DNA of 64,000 nucleotides from Octopus bimaculoides (GCF_001194135.2 NC_069003.1:35737645-35801644); one strand, 5' to 3'; shown: positions 1-12,400, counted from the first letter of the stretch. The notes: a model not told the origin generated them from the letters alone. Translations and numbers: made by a program.

Positions 1-345
1 GATAGAGTATTGTTGGTATTTTGCTCACTAATGTTCTCAGATTACTAAACATCTCCTCAAGATACACCATGAAGAGAACCGGTGAAAGTAATCGTTGTGC
101 AAACGGTGTTATGTGATAATTTCCCACCCCGCATTCTTTCCGCGTAAGCAAACAGGAGTCTTATCACTTGTACGCTGCCGGATTTCAAAAGTGGCTTAAT
201 CGTTTCGAGCAAAAGGTTATTTAATGTCTTTTTCCGTCTTAGTGTCATAAATAACAGCCTATTCTATAGTGTTTTATAAGCTTCAATGTTTTTACGGCGC
301 TGCTCTTCGTCCTCTCATCAAACGCACTATTATACCTGCTCACAA
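1..345 (-). mobile_element. Degenerate non-LTR retrotransposon reverse transcriptase fragment (possibly RTE/RTEX-like)
   Basis: Manual minus-strand translation gives SAFD (317-328) and, further downstream in another frame, RLLSPVLFMVYLEEMFSNLR (about 40-95). These resemble the RT motifs DxSxAFD and QGxxLSPxLF. Frameshifted, and cut by the window edge. Confidence 0.5.
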
Positions 346-401
346 AACATCTTGGCTTTAAAATGGATCCAGAAGTATCACCATTTTATATATCAACCAT
401 A

Positions 402-1790
402 TAAGAAAAGCAATTGGACCTCATTACCCCATTTTCCATAGACATTGGACTGAAAGTTGATGAATCAAAATGTGTATTTTTGACAGTAAGACGCGGAAAA
501 GTAGTGCCTCCCTCTGAAAACCTTAAAATGAGCTGCTTGACAATACAACCTCTACATCAGGTGACAATTATAGGTATCTTGGACAAGATGAGAATGTCAG
601 ACATGATGGTCCTATAAATAAGGAGAGGAACAGGAATGAAAACCCCAGAAGAGTGAAGAGAAATTGGTCGTCAGAACTCAGCTTACAAATAAATTGCAGC
701 GCATATCATGCACTTATATTTGCCTGTCCTTTGCAGTGCGTCCTCACACTTATGTTTGGCCTTTCGAACTAGTCACTACAAGAACTCAATGAGATAGATG
801 TCCGAACTCGCAAGTTGCTCAGTTTTACACGAAATTTCAACATTAATGGAGCTGCAGACAGTCTATACTTCCCACGCATCGATGGTGGTCGTAGTCTCAA
901 ATCTGTATTGACGTCATACGAAGCACGTATTGTGACACTGAAACAACATCTGCAACAGAGGAAAGAGACCAGTAACTATCTTGCCAAATTTTTCGTCCAT
1001 TAAATTAATGACGTAATTAGAATAGCTAATGAAATTGAGGATATGTATGAAATAAGAGCTGATACAGGGCTCTCCCCACGAAGCATTGGTAAAATCTATT
1101 TATCAGAAGAAAATTTTTAAAGATGAACGAATTCACTGAGAAGGCAGTACAGGGCTACTTAGCACGAATATGACGAAACATGTACTGGATTGATCATGTT
1201 AAATGCTTGGCATGGAGCACCAACAAGTTTATGACATACCATTTTGACGGCTACCTCCATGCAATTCAAGAACAAGAGATCCCAACCAAGTATCTACAGC
1301 ATCACAGGCAGAAAACTTTGACAGACATGTAGACTGTGCAAGACAAAGACTAAATGCATCAATCACATTATTGTCAACTGTAATAAAATGTCTTTCAGAC
1401 ACTCCCGTAATACAGTAGCCATGTAGGTCTATAAGGGGATAACAAAAAAGAAAATAGCTACAGAGGAAGTTGACGATTTGAAAGAATATTCAAAAGAATA
1501 TTGGTGGAACCTAAATATTAAAACAGCCACCAAGTTAGAACACAAGCAGCCAGATATTATTTTGTGGGATCGCAAGGAAAAGTTACGTTCTATTTGTGGA
1601 AATGATCTGCCTTCAGGAGACCAATGTTGTTTGAAAAATACAAGTGAAAGAGGACATTTATGAACCTTTAATAAGGTGTTTGCATATCCACTAGCCAACA
1701 TACATTTTCAGTTTCATATCCATTGTTACTGGAGTGACAGGATACGTACATACTAATCCGTCTGGAGCAAAGTATGACTGAACATTTTTC
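402..1790 (+). mobile_element. R4/Dong-type RLE non-LTR retrotransposon relic (RT C-terminus, zinc knuckle, RLE); CATA-type lineage by protein similarity
   Basis: Motifs in order: KQLDLITPFSIDIGLKVDESKC; ADSLYFPRIDGGRSL; FDGYLHAIQEQEIPTKY (1243-1293); CRLC (1328); KEYWWNLNIKTATKLEHKQPDIILWDRKEK (RLE PD motif); IVTGVTGYV. Multiple stops and frameshifts. Confidence 0.85.
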
Positions 1791-1894
1791 AATGTTTCTA
1801 TCCTTGGCATCATATTTCACACCCCAGAATAAACCACATTTCCATGTAGTGTTCGTTATTTTCATGCATTTATGCATTTAATTCGTATTTCTTA

Positions 1895-2043
1895 GTCTGA
1901 CAGAATCGTTAGTACGCCGGACAAATTTCGTAGTAGCATTTTGCCCGGCTTTGCACTGTGAGTCTATGAAATAAATAGCAATTGAGCACTGATGTTGATG
2001 TAATCGACTAGCTCCCTCCACCAAAATTTCAGCCTTTGTGCCG
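1895..2043 (+). mobile_element. tRNA-derived SINE, type A (internally deleted)
   Basis: Head cagaatcgttagtacgccgg and tail gatgtaatcgactagctccctccaccaaaatttcagcctttgtgcc match the full copy at 32880-33092. Confidence 0.7.
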
Positions 2044-2409
2044 GTTTGTTATTAATGACAAGGAGCCGTTCCGTTTCGCTACAATCTGAAACTGTGTATA
2101 ACAATTATTTTGTGAGTTGTTACGTGACACCATATTTGTAATGAAGTAAATATAGTCAGAAGTAAACTCATAAATGAATATCCTGCATGATTTCTCATTC
2201 GTTACTATTAGATTTACTTTAAATTAATGAAACACTTGAGAAACGTGTAAATTTTGCATATTCTTCTCTCATTTAATTTTGTGGCAAAATATCAAATTAC
2301 TATCGCTAACAAAAACAATGACTAAACCGGTAAAATTATATGCCTAACGACTTGTGATATCATATGCTAATTTCCTATTTTCATTTCTCATCACCTATAA
2401 GGCGGCTAA

Positions 2410-2613
2410 GGTGGCGAGCTGAAAGAATCGTTGACATGCCGGACATAATGCTAAGCGGCATTTCGCCCGTTGCTACGTTCTGAGTTCAAATTCCGCCGGG
2501 GTCGACTTTGCTTTTCATCCTTTCGGGGTCGAGCTGAGCACTGGTATCGATATAATCGACTTTCCTTCTTCTTCAAAATTTCAGGCCTTGTGCCTATAGC
2601 GGAAAGGGTTATT
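2410..2613 (+). mobile_element. tRNA-derived SINE, type A (Meta-domain-like core)
   Basis: A-box-like ggcgagctg, B-box gagttcaaattcc, core gtcgactttgcttttcatcctttcggggtcga, tail aaaatttcaggccttgtgcc. Homologous to 32880-33092. Confidence 0.85.
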
Positions 2614-2618
2614 TATAG

Positions 2619-2822
2619 CGCGGCTAGCTAGCAGATTTGTTAGTGTTGGAAAAAATTTAGTTGCAGCATTTATTCCGGTTATTTGCGTTCTGTGTTCAAA
2701 TCTCGCCATTTCATCCTCTCGTAGTTGTTATAATAATGTAAAAGTCAAGCACTGGATTCACTGGTATCGATAAATCCCCTTTCCCAAAAATTACTGGCGT
2801 TGTGCTGAAATCAGAAATCATT
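2619..2822 (+). mobile_element. Older type A SINE, directly in tandem with the previous copy
   Basis: Head gcggctagctagcagatttgttag, B-box-like gtgttcaaatctcgcc, core tttcatcctctcg, tail cccaaaaattactggcgttgtgc. Confidence 0.65.
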
Positions 2823-4287
2823 GCTCATTATTTATCTAGTTAATATTCATGGGAAAAACATATCTTATGACATCAGTTTACCTCCTCTTAGTATCAATAT
2901 AACTGCTATTTAGCTTTATTTACTAGTAAATTAGATAAATCAATACTTATCCTTAACCTCACCGTACCTCAACATTCTGAATTCAAATCCTCTAGGCTAA
3001 TTAAAAGTGACATACCAGGATACAGTCATTCGACTATATTTCACTCGACTCCTAGAAGCTGACCATCTGCCCAGGCAAATTTAACCATTATCAAACCATT
3101 ATAGTAAATAATGACCTTGGAAAAGATGAACTTTGTAACTTCTCTATATCTTCATCTAAAATGTTTCAGGTTATGAATGAGAAAGAATTAGTAATTCTGC
3201 TGGGACGTAGAGCAAAGGTTAACCCTAAACTATTGTCAAAGTCTCAGTTAACCCTAAACTACTTCTTGTCTACTAAAGCTGTTTTTACACATTGTCAAAT
3301 GATTCAATACTCAACATTTAAGACACTATCCTATTCGAATGTATCGATTCTTATATTGAGCAACATTTTGAATACAATTCTAGTGCAAAATTAGGATAAT
3401 CTTCTTGAATATTTTCCTAAAAATACCATCAAAGATTCTTTTAGGAATAAAAGTTTACCAGCTGTTACTATTATACTTAAACTCATTAAGATATAGAAAT
3501 AAAAGAAGGCTGCGTTTCCTCCATCCTTTTTTGTTGTTGTTGCTGCAGCTGCTTCTCTATCAATTAACGATGTTCGTAATACCGTAACTAATATAAATCC
3601 TTTCTGAAATAAAATTATAGCTGGCATGTGTTTCTAAGACATGAAGTCTATACAACAAGGAAAAGTACTTATCTAGAAATTGTTCATAAACTTCATACAC
3701 ATAATAATGTTCACTCATAATAATCCTCTCTCATCATATATATNNNNNNNNNNNNNNNNNNNNNNNNNNNNNNNNNNNNNNNNNNNNNNNNNNNNNNNNN
3801 NNNNNNNNNNNNNNNNNNNNNNNNNNNNNNNNNNNNNNNNNNNNNNNNNNNNNNNNNNNNNNNNNNNNNNNNNNNNNNNNNNNNNNNNNNNNNNNNNNNN
3901 NNNNNNNNNNNNNNNNNNNNNNNNNNNNNNNNNNNNNNNNNNNNNNNNNNNNNNNNNNNNNNNNNNNNNNNNNNNNNNNNNNNNNNNNNNNNNNNNNNNN
4001 NNNNNNNNNNNNNNNNNNNNNNNNNNNNNNNNNNNNNNNNNNNNNNNNNNNNNNNNNNNNNNNNNNNNNNNNNNNNNNNNNNNNNNNNNNNNNNNNNNNN
4101 NNNNNNNNNNNNNNNNNNNNNNNNNNNNNNNNNNNNNNNNNNNNNNNNNNNNNNNNNNNNNNNNNNNNNNNNNNNNNNNNNNNNNNNNNNNNNNNNNNNN
4201 NNNNNNNNNNNNNNNNNNNNNNNNNNNNNNNNNNNNNNNNNNNNNNNNNNNNNNNNNNNNNNNNNNNNNNNNNNNNNNNNNNNNNNN

Positions 4288-4591
4288 GAACTCGTCAACA
4301 GAGTTCATATTTTTTTCCGTCCAAATGATTTTGAAGACTGCGGAATAAGTGATAATCAGAGGGAGTGATATCCAGCGAATATGGTGGGTGGGGCATCGTT
4401 TGCTATTCAAACTGCTCCAACCTTTGGAATGTCATCCTCGCTGTATGTGGCCGAGCTTTATCCGATTGGAAGAACACCTTTCGTCTTGAAACTAAAGATA
4501 GACGTTTTTCGATGGCATGCAGTTGTCGATAAATGGTTGAATGACCAAATCCAAGCTCCTCTGCTAGTTCCTCAACAGTTACGATGGGATT
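4288..4591 (-). mobile_element. Mariner (DD34D-type) transposase relic with internal deletion
   Basis: One minus-strand frame reads NPIVTVEELAEELGFGHSTIYRQLHAIEK (HTH-like), then KVFFQSDKARPHTA and PHPPYSLDITPSDYHLFRSLQNHLDGK, matching mariner HDNARPH and YSPDLAPSDYHLF. Runs into the gap at 4287. Confidence 0.9.
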
Positions 4592-4890
4592 TTCTATGAC
4601 TCTTTCTGAAGTTTGTTTTTACCACCTTTTCTATAAGTATTTCATAACGCTGGCATAATTTCCATTGTATAAAGTCTCGACTATGGCATGTCTGAAATTG
4701 TATTCTTTCTTGACCAAGGAGGTAAAGCAGAAACTACATGATTAGCTGTCACCTCCAAACCTCCACATATTCTGCAGATACTCATTGTATTCTACTTCAC
4801 ATTACATGTTTTCGGTAGTTTCTTTAGCAATGACTGTGAAACCGACCTGCAATAAAAAAAAATCCTTCTATATCAGTTTTGAGCCCTGCG
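4592..4890 (-). mobile_element. R4/Dong-type LINE fragment (zinc-knuckle region; TAA-type lineage by similarity)
   Basis: Minus strand, with frameshifts: GLKTDIEG, QSLLKNYRKHV, CRICGGLEVTANHVVS, LVKKEYNFRH, IQWKLCQRY, RVIEN. Confidence 0.8.
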
Positions 4891-5099
4891 CCTTCTCAGC
4901 TCACACGGCTTTCTCAGGCACAGACTATGTAGAAGCTTTTATTTTAACATAGCATTTCATTTTATAATTTTAGCGTAACATTTTGTACCACTGGCTTTTA
5001 GTTTAGTTTTCAATTTATTCTTTTCACAGCGTTACTCCTTTCTCATCACAATAACCTCCTTCTTCAACTTACACTTTGTATTTGTTAGCTTTCCTGAAG

Positions 5100-5604
5100 G
5101 CAGAAAATACTTCATTATTCGTTAGTAGTTATTTTTATGTTTATCCTGTTGAAGATACATAGATTTACATTTTTTACTTTGATTTATGCGGTCGGAATCG
5201 AACTGATCGTTTTGTTTTTGTTTTGTTTTTTTTCTGAAGGAAATGTTATGGCTTTTTATAAGAATGAATTGTCTGAAAGAGAATCTGTCTTTATGAAAAG
5301 AGGTTACCTCGCTTTACTTATTCTTTGTTGCTTTCTTAATTTGTTATATTGTATTCCTGGAATATTTGTTTGTAGTCCTTTTCAATAATTTTTTACTTTC
5401 TATTATTGATTTCATTAAAGATTAGGGGGTTTCCATGTTGTTTTCTCACAGTTAAATGTTTCTAAATGAATAGATTTGAGGAAATATACATCGAGACTAC
5501 TGCTACTATTCCACATCATTTGCTTAATTTTTACGATATTGTTGTTTAAGATCACCGATTTTGCATTCTTTATTGTTAAACGTTATAATTTGGAGACTTT
5601 TCAT
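5100..5604 (-). mobile_element. Highly decayed APE endonuclease N-terminus of an L1/Tx1-like LINE
   Basis: A-rich minus strand starts MKSLQIITFNN, followed by LET, SKAR*PLFIK and IYVSS, at roughly APE spacing. Many stops. Confidence 0.4.
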
Positions 5605-6744
5605 AATGTTTTATAATTGGGAATGTGCATGAATTATCACCTGTCGATTTTAATTATTTAACTCTCAACATCTTTAGATTATCTTTTCCCTTTCATACAT
5701 ATTTTTGTTCGTGTAGTTTTGATTCAAATTCGGTTGCTCAGTACTGGTTTGATTTTGGAGTTTTGCAATCTATTTTGTTTTGCATGTGCTTGATCTATAG
5801 AAGTGATTTTCATACTCACATTTATGTTTTTATTGATTCTTTTCTTTTAAGTGTTCTGTTTTTACATTTTGGATATTTTTTAGTTTGAGCGTGTAATTCC
5901 TTAAATTATTTAATCTGTTGAGATATTTTCTCTCCAGATATAATTTATAATTTGCAATAGTTTTGGTTTAGCTCACATTATGTAGCTATAAATCTGCTTG
6001 TATTATGGAAATATTCTCCTTGAGTCTAGTCTTTCTTTTATTTAAATTACAGTAATTTTCATAAAGCACTGTTTACCTGTATCTGGCGATACAGTTGTAA
6101 TCAATCAGAAACTGAAAGCGTGAGGGATTTCTGTCCTCGCGTAAACACTACTTAGCAATGATAAAATAAACAACAAAGTGAATATCAGCAACAACGACGT
6201 TTGCATCAACAAAAATTATAATTATGTTGAAATAATCGAAATTAACAGCAAAAGCAATAGTGCATAATTATAATATAGAAATATCAATATAAAAATATCA
6301 ATATGTTGTCAATATCATAGTTGATACCATTCTATATGTTAAGCTGGCGGCAAATTTTCAACACAATGTTACCCTAAACGAGGAATTACATTTGCCATTA
6401 AAGCATAGTAGATACGCAGAACTACATTATTTAATGTGTCCTTTCTGTATTTAAAATAAAATGGAGTATTTTTTGAAAGAATATTTGGCTGTTACTTTTT
6501 GTAGGCTGAGCGACCACAAGGTGTGCCGAAATCCTTGCCTGCAAGCTAAGTTTCGTCTTTTTTCGAATCTGAAATCACTTGCGGAAGAATTCTCTAAAAA
6601 CTACAAGATGACTTAAACCTTAGTACGAAAACTAATTACACAGCCATGAATTTTGAAAATTAAATAATCATAATTTATCCAACACAAAATCGTTCCTTTG
6701 ATTCGACCCTGCAACTAAAAAAGTGTTTTATGCATGACATAGAG

Positions 6745-6746
<2 letters not shown>

Positions 6747-6811
<65 letters not shown>

Positions 6812-6830
6812 CTCTCTCTTTCTCTCTCTC
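6747..6830. repeat. (CT)n/(CTAT)n microsatellite
   Basis: Directly visible. Confidence 0.98.
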
Positions 6831-8889
6831 ACTGGTTTGTGACACTAGCTGTAATAGTAGTTGGGGTGGTAATGGTGGGATAGTGGAGGTGGGGTATCGT
6901 CATCGTTGTGTAAGTGATAACAGTGGGGATAGCGATAATATTGTGATTAAAGTACAACGGTAATTATGAGAACATGAAATACGAAATCCCACCATTACTT
7001 TATTAATTTTGCATTTGCATTTTGTTAGTTTAAAAACATTTTCAGAAACCGTTTAGAGACAATCACTTATGTTAATTCACAATATTTGTATATAAGTTTC
7101 TAAGTACCTGATGTCCAAGCTTATCTTTTCTGCTACGTGTTAATATGTATGTATGTATGTATGTATGTGAAGTAAATTAGACTACAACAGTTAAAATGAA
7201 GAGTTAGCTTTCTTTTCATAGTTTTCTGCGGTATTACTCTAGTATTTAAACTGTTGCTTTAAACATCCGAATAGAGCAGAAAAACATTGAAAAGTAACCA
7301 TTCTTATGAAATATATTATTCAAAATACTTATGTTGAGATCTATCGGATTTATGCTATGAAACTGAAAACTTGATAAAATAAAATTTCATTTGCAAGAAT
7401 AACTCAGAAGATAATTTCTAAAGAAAAGGTATATATAAAAAGAAAATATAAACCTTCGCGATATATGGCTGAAAAAAATCATGATTACGAAGAATCAGCT
7501 GTATGTTGCATCTTCAATGGATGTCAATGAGCCGCACTGAAGAGAAGCGCACTTTTATGACTTCAAAGTAAACAACTACATGGGATTTGATGTCCTACTG
7601 GGAACAAGTCTCCGTACTCAGACATACAAAGAAAATTACGCGCCCCCTTTATATCACATATATTATAGACACTCGCATAGATTTATTTGTTAAGACATAT
7701 CTAGAATTATACGCAAAACACACCCAAACGCACATTATTAATATAATTCATTTGAGAGAGTCTATCTGGCTTCTGGAATGTTTCAATTACATCCGATTTT
7801 AGCTAATAACGAACAATTTTCAGTTTACAGATGTTAAACTGTTAATAGGTACATTAATAATAGGATTTTATTTCAAAGTCCCCAGCTAGTCTTCACAACC
7901 GAAAATGTAATTCGAAGCAAATGAATTTGTACTATATAAAATATATATTTCCATATTTATAAACTACCAAAATGGCCTTGATTAAATGTAATATTTTTTA
8001 AGCTTGGAAAAATATTTTCTAGGTTTCACTCTATGGAGAACATGTAATTGCGATTAATTGTTATCTGATTTAGAAACTTACGTAAATGATTTTTATGAGA
8101 AGATATCTTGAATAAAATATTTACTATATGTCTGAAAAAGTTAGAAAACATTTGGAAATGCACCAAAAGAATTAAGTAAGTTGTGATACTAATGAATTAT
8201 TTTCTTCCTCTGCAATTCAGAATCATTCGCAATTTAACACTCACTTTATTATTAAAATCGTTGACCAGTAGATAAAAAATATGAAAACTTTTTGTGTTCC
8301 GCCCAAAATAATGTTCTTTTACAATTAATCCCTAATTAGGATTATATAACAGACGTTATTATTAGTAATAAATGTGACACAAATAAATCCAAAGATCCAG
8401 TGTTCACCAATGCGAGTTTGATGATAAATATGTTTTTACATTAGTCGTGAGCGGATTGTTAGCGAGTGATAGGTTGGGTATGGCAAAGATGAATGAAAGA
8501 AGATAGACAACTATGACCCATCAATATGTGGGCTTCATCCGTGCACTGCCACTTGGATATGAAACTTCCTGTCAGACCGAAATATTGCTGCAATAATTTA
8601 GCAAAACTCTCTTTAACAACTGCTCAATAAATTCTAGTGTTCATCAATGTTCGGTTATGCTTCTCACGGTTTTTCTTCTGTTTAATATGAATACAATTGC
8701 GATCACCTTCACCGACACTCACTCATACGTAAATAGGTTTTCATTTTACCTTTATCCTCCGCTACCCTTGTATTACCTCCAAGTACAGAGCCCTATTAAG
8801 CATTATTGGAACTAGAATGAAGATATATTCTACTTCCAATAATATAGACACGATAATTGCTCATACAAAGGAACCAATTTCTACCGCCC

Positions 8890-9200
8890 CCTGATTATTC
8901 ATGAACAACATGTAGGTAAACTCAAATTTAGATAAATGCTGCATCTGATAATTCTCATTTTTTATGGTTACCTGACATACATACCAGAGCTAAATCAGTA
9001 TCTCAAAGACTTGGATTCTTCTTTACAACCAAGAAGTGCTTGCAACTCTGATCAGTTGATAATCTTCTACAAAGCGCAAGTTAAATTTATATTATATTAT
9101 TGTTCCTGTTCACATATTTAAGACGCTGCTGCAATGCACTCAAATCCAAGACCGAATAAAGACATTTCTCAGTGGCAGTGTCCTACCGGTAGATCTGGAT
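8890..9200 (+). mobile_element. CR1-group (CR1/L2/Crack/Daphne-like) LINE RT C-terminal relic
   Basis: LIIFYKAQVKFILYYCSCSHI (9056-9118) resembles the CR1-group motif LYKAQVRPxLEYCSHIW. Confidence 0.5.
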
Positions 9201-9651
9201 TTACGAAGGTTGTGTTAGTGGTCACTGATGAGTGAAAGAGATTAAGAGAGAGAGACAGACAGATAGACATCTAGACAGAAAGAAAGACCGACAGACTGAC
9301 AGAGCAGTCAATGCAGCATTCGGTCCAGGTATCGAATTTACGATCGAATATTACGTTCAAGATCACACTAGGCTAAGCGCCTTCTCGTATAGAATAAAAT
9401 AAGCATAAAATAGACATCATTTTGATTGATTCTGTTATATGATTTGCGTCACTCGTTTGTATATTTATTCAGTATTAAGACTATTTTTTCATGTACCACA
9501 TTTTCCAAAAATGTTTATTGGTTATCTGCTTGTGAAACTTAGAATGATATGATTCTTTCAATAGAATTTAAAATTTACGTAGTGATATTTTAAATACAAA
9601 TAAGTTTATCACAATGAACATATATTTCACTCGTTATTTTGTTGCGGTTTA

Positions 9652-9777
9652 TTTCACCTATTCTCTAAACACTTCTGATTCCGTTCAAAAACAAAAGAAA
9701 AAATTAAGTTTTTCACCTATTCTCTAAACACTTCTGATTCCGTTCAAAAACAAAAGAAAAAATTAAGTTTTTCACCT
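9652..9777. repeat. Perfect 59-bp tandem duplication
   Basis: 9652-9710 is identical to 9711-9769, and the first 8 nt (tttcacct) occur a third time at 9770-9777. Confidence 0.97.
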
Positions 9778-10464
9778 CAAAAAGCCAAATATTTTGAGGG
9801 GAGGAAGGTTTTTGTGTATTGATATTTGGCTTGGACTTTTAGCTAACTGGAACTATAAAGTTATTACGAAGTATTTGAACGAAGACAATATTGACTTTCT
9901 AACTTTAATTACGCATTTATTATTAAATACGATTAGCATAACTGTTTTGTTTTAAATCAACAGTTCATAGGCCATTTCCTGAATATTAATATTTCGTACG
10001 GCGCAAATTTTCATGGTAATTTATAGCCTTTTGATTCTTAAACTGATTCATTTGATTCATTTATTATCAGATTTTAAACAAATTATATTCAAATTTCTCT
10101 TGGAAAAAATTTATAAAATTCGTCTCGATTTACCCTGGAGCTATAGTAGCATCTAATGTAGAGAGTAATTCTTCTACCAGAAAAAGTATCCGCCTATTGT
10201 TCATCAATATACCAGCAGCTTCTTTAATTACGTTTTTCTCATGTGCTCAACTACTTTGACAACAGAAGAAAATTATAAAAGTGGAGTGGAAGCTTAACAT
10301 AGCTGCCCCGCTCAAAGCAGGAACTCGAATCATTCTCTATATTTTTGTACAGCATTAAGAGAGATTAAAACGATGCAGAGGAGTAATATGAATTGCTTAC
10401 GATAGACTTAATAGAAAAAAATAACAAACCGATTTTATATTATTTATTTTAAAATACCTTAGGA

Positions 10465-10620
10465 ATGAGAACCCAGGGTTGGGTTCAAAATTCCACTAGG
10501 ACACCTGATGAAGGCTGGAGTGTAAATCAGCAGAAACATCGTGGTAACAACAAACAAGAGAAGGACACATATCTGTCCAATGTAAACAATGTACAGAATT
10601 CTTCATCTGTAAAATATAGA
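10465..10620 (+). mobile_element. Penelope-like element terminal (pLTR) fragment
   Basis: acacctgatgaaggctg...cagcagaaacatcgtgg followed by aacaacaaacaagag fits the CTGATGA...GAAAC signature of Penelope ends. No RT or GIY-YIG coding sequence is recognisable nearby. Confidence 0.6.
10499..10545 (+). ncRNA. Decayed minimal type I hammerhead ribozyme motif
   Basis: Stem I 5' acac (10501-04), CUGAUGA (10505-11), stem II gctg/cagc around a 10-nt loop, GAAA (10533-36), stem III ACAU (ACGU palindrome expected), C17, then gtg. Mismatches in stems II and III suggest it is inactive. Confidence 0.5.
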
Positions 10621-10836
10621 ACAGTAATATTAGAATTCCTTCTTAAACAACTACATTTCTCGCAACATTAATGTAAAAAAAGGGATAATGTAAAGAATCT
10701 TTCTATCAAGGAATTCAACGGTAGAGTTCTTTAAATATATATCAGTTAATTGTTATTCAAGCTATATAATTAATATGATCGAGATGTCTAAAATTAGCCA
10801 TTATTTCACATATAGTATTTAGATACAATATTTTCC

Positions 10837-12400
10837 CACTACACAACCCAACAGGTATTTTGTTAGGACATTTTTACCTGATTTGAAGGGGGTCTTTTTG
10901 ATATGCTGAATCCAAAAACAGAATCCATCTTTTACCATCACGTCTAGATTTCAAGATACCCAAAAACCCTAAGTTTTGCAATTTTTCTCATTTTTCATAA
11001 AAATACATTGTTTATGTGTGAAATTTAGTACTCCACGAACTTGATAACCAGAAAGTACCAGCTGTGCCAGAGAAAGCCAAAGAGGATCGGGATTACTTCG
11101 GAATTAGCTGGTCGTCACACTCTCAGCTATTTGATCAAAATGAATTCATTGGCTTAGTAAGGGACTTACATTTATCAAACAAATCTGCAGAAGTTCTTGC
11201 GTCTCTGTCAAAGGAAAAAAGCCTTCATAAAGAAGGAACTAAAGTCACCTTCAATCGCACTAAGGATGCTGAATTGCTTCCGTCCTTCACAGAAAATGAG
11301 TGAGTGTATTGCATAAACATTGTGGAACTGCTTCAAAAGATGGGATTAGCAAAATATGATGCACGTGATTGGCGCCTTTTGATCAATATCTCGAAAAGAA
11401 GTTTGAAATGTATTTTACTTCATAAAGGAAATATATTGGCCTCTGTTCCAACTACTCTGCAAAACTAGAAGAGAAACAGGAAGTAGTGAAAGTAGTGCTA
11501 GCGAAAATTAAGTAACACATATCATCAGTAAGTGATATGCGTGGACTTTAAGTTGTTAATTTTTTTTCCCAGGGCAACAAAGTGTATACGCCAAATATTC
11601 GTACAATTTATGTATGTGAGATTGCAAATGCAGAGAAGAACATTCGATGATCAAAGAATATGGTCGCAGGTTCCAGGTTTTTTAATGTAGTTGAAGCGCC
11701 TTTAGTTAGTTCAACCAGGAAAACTTATCCTACATGGCACCAAATGCAACTTAGCATTATGAAGCAGTTCGCTAAAGCTCTAGATAAAGATGGGGTCATG
11801 AGTTCAACTACATCTGCAGCATTTTTCCCGTTCTCAGTGAAAAGAAAAAACCTGGAGTGTTTGATGTGCTTCAAATAATAAAAAATTGATGAAATTTGTA
11901 AATTCAAAGAATTGCATTGAAGCATCTGCATGGAATTAACTTGTCATAGTTATAAATTACTTTCTGTGCAATAAGACATCAATGGAACAAGGGTATTAAA
12001 GCAGATTGGACTTGCATATGTATGATGATGGACTATTGCTGGAACTTGGCTCATGATCTTCGTAGGGTTCTGCACCCAAGAAAATCATCCAAACGTAAAT
12101 TCATGGAAAATAGGCATAAACAATGATATAATTTGTCTGTAGAAATTCTGAGATTTTTACTAATTTTTCAATAAAAAATATTCGAGTTTGAAGAGAAACC
12201 AATTTCTGTGTATGTTTGTACGTTATGCCTAGTCCATCATAAACTGCTTTACTGAAAAGAAAAACCAATGCAATTCTATGGATCCAATGTCTTAAAATTT
12301 TGACTTGGTAATAAATGGATGTTGTTTTCGGATTTTGTGTGTAAAAAAAATCCAAGTTCAGATTCCAATTTTTCACGACAGAAATGTTTTTCGGCATGTG
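10837..12400 (+). mobile_element. Chapaev3-like (CMC superfamily) DNA transposon, internally deleted, both ends present
   Basis: Starts cac (10837) and ends gtg (12400). Left subterminal aatccaaaaacagaatccatcttttacca matches the reverse complement of the right end (aatccgaaaacaacatccatttattacca). Transposase pieces: LFDQNEFIGLVRDLHLSNKSAEVLAS; WRLLINISKRSLKCILLHKGN (11370-11432); GQQSVYAKY; MKQFAKALDKDG; MMDYCWNL. Superfamily name is from recalled family motifs. Confidence 0.8.

Noticed and set aside
9221-9240. CTGATGA followed closely by GAAA (hammerhead-like)
   Set aside because: There is no room for stem II and no matching stems I or III.
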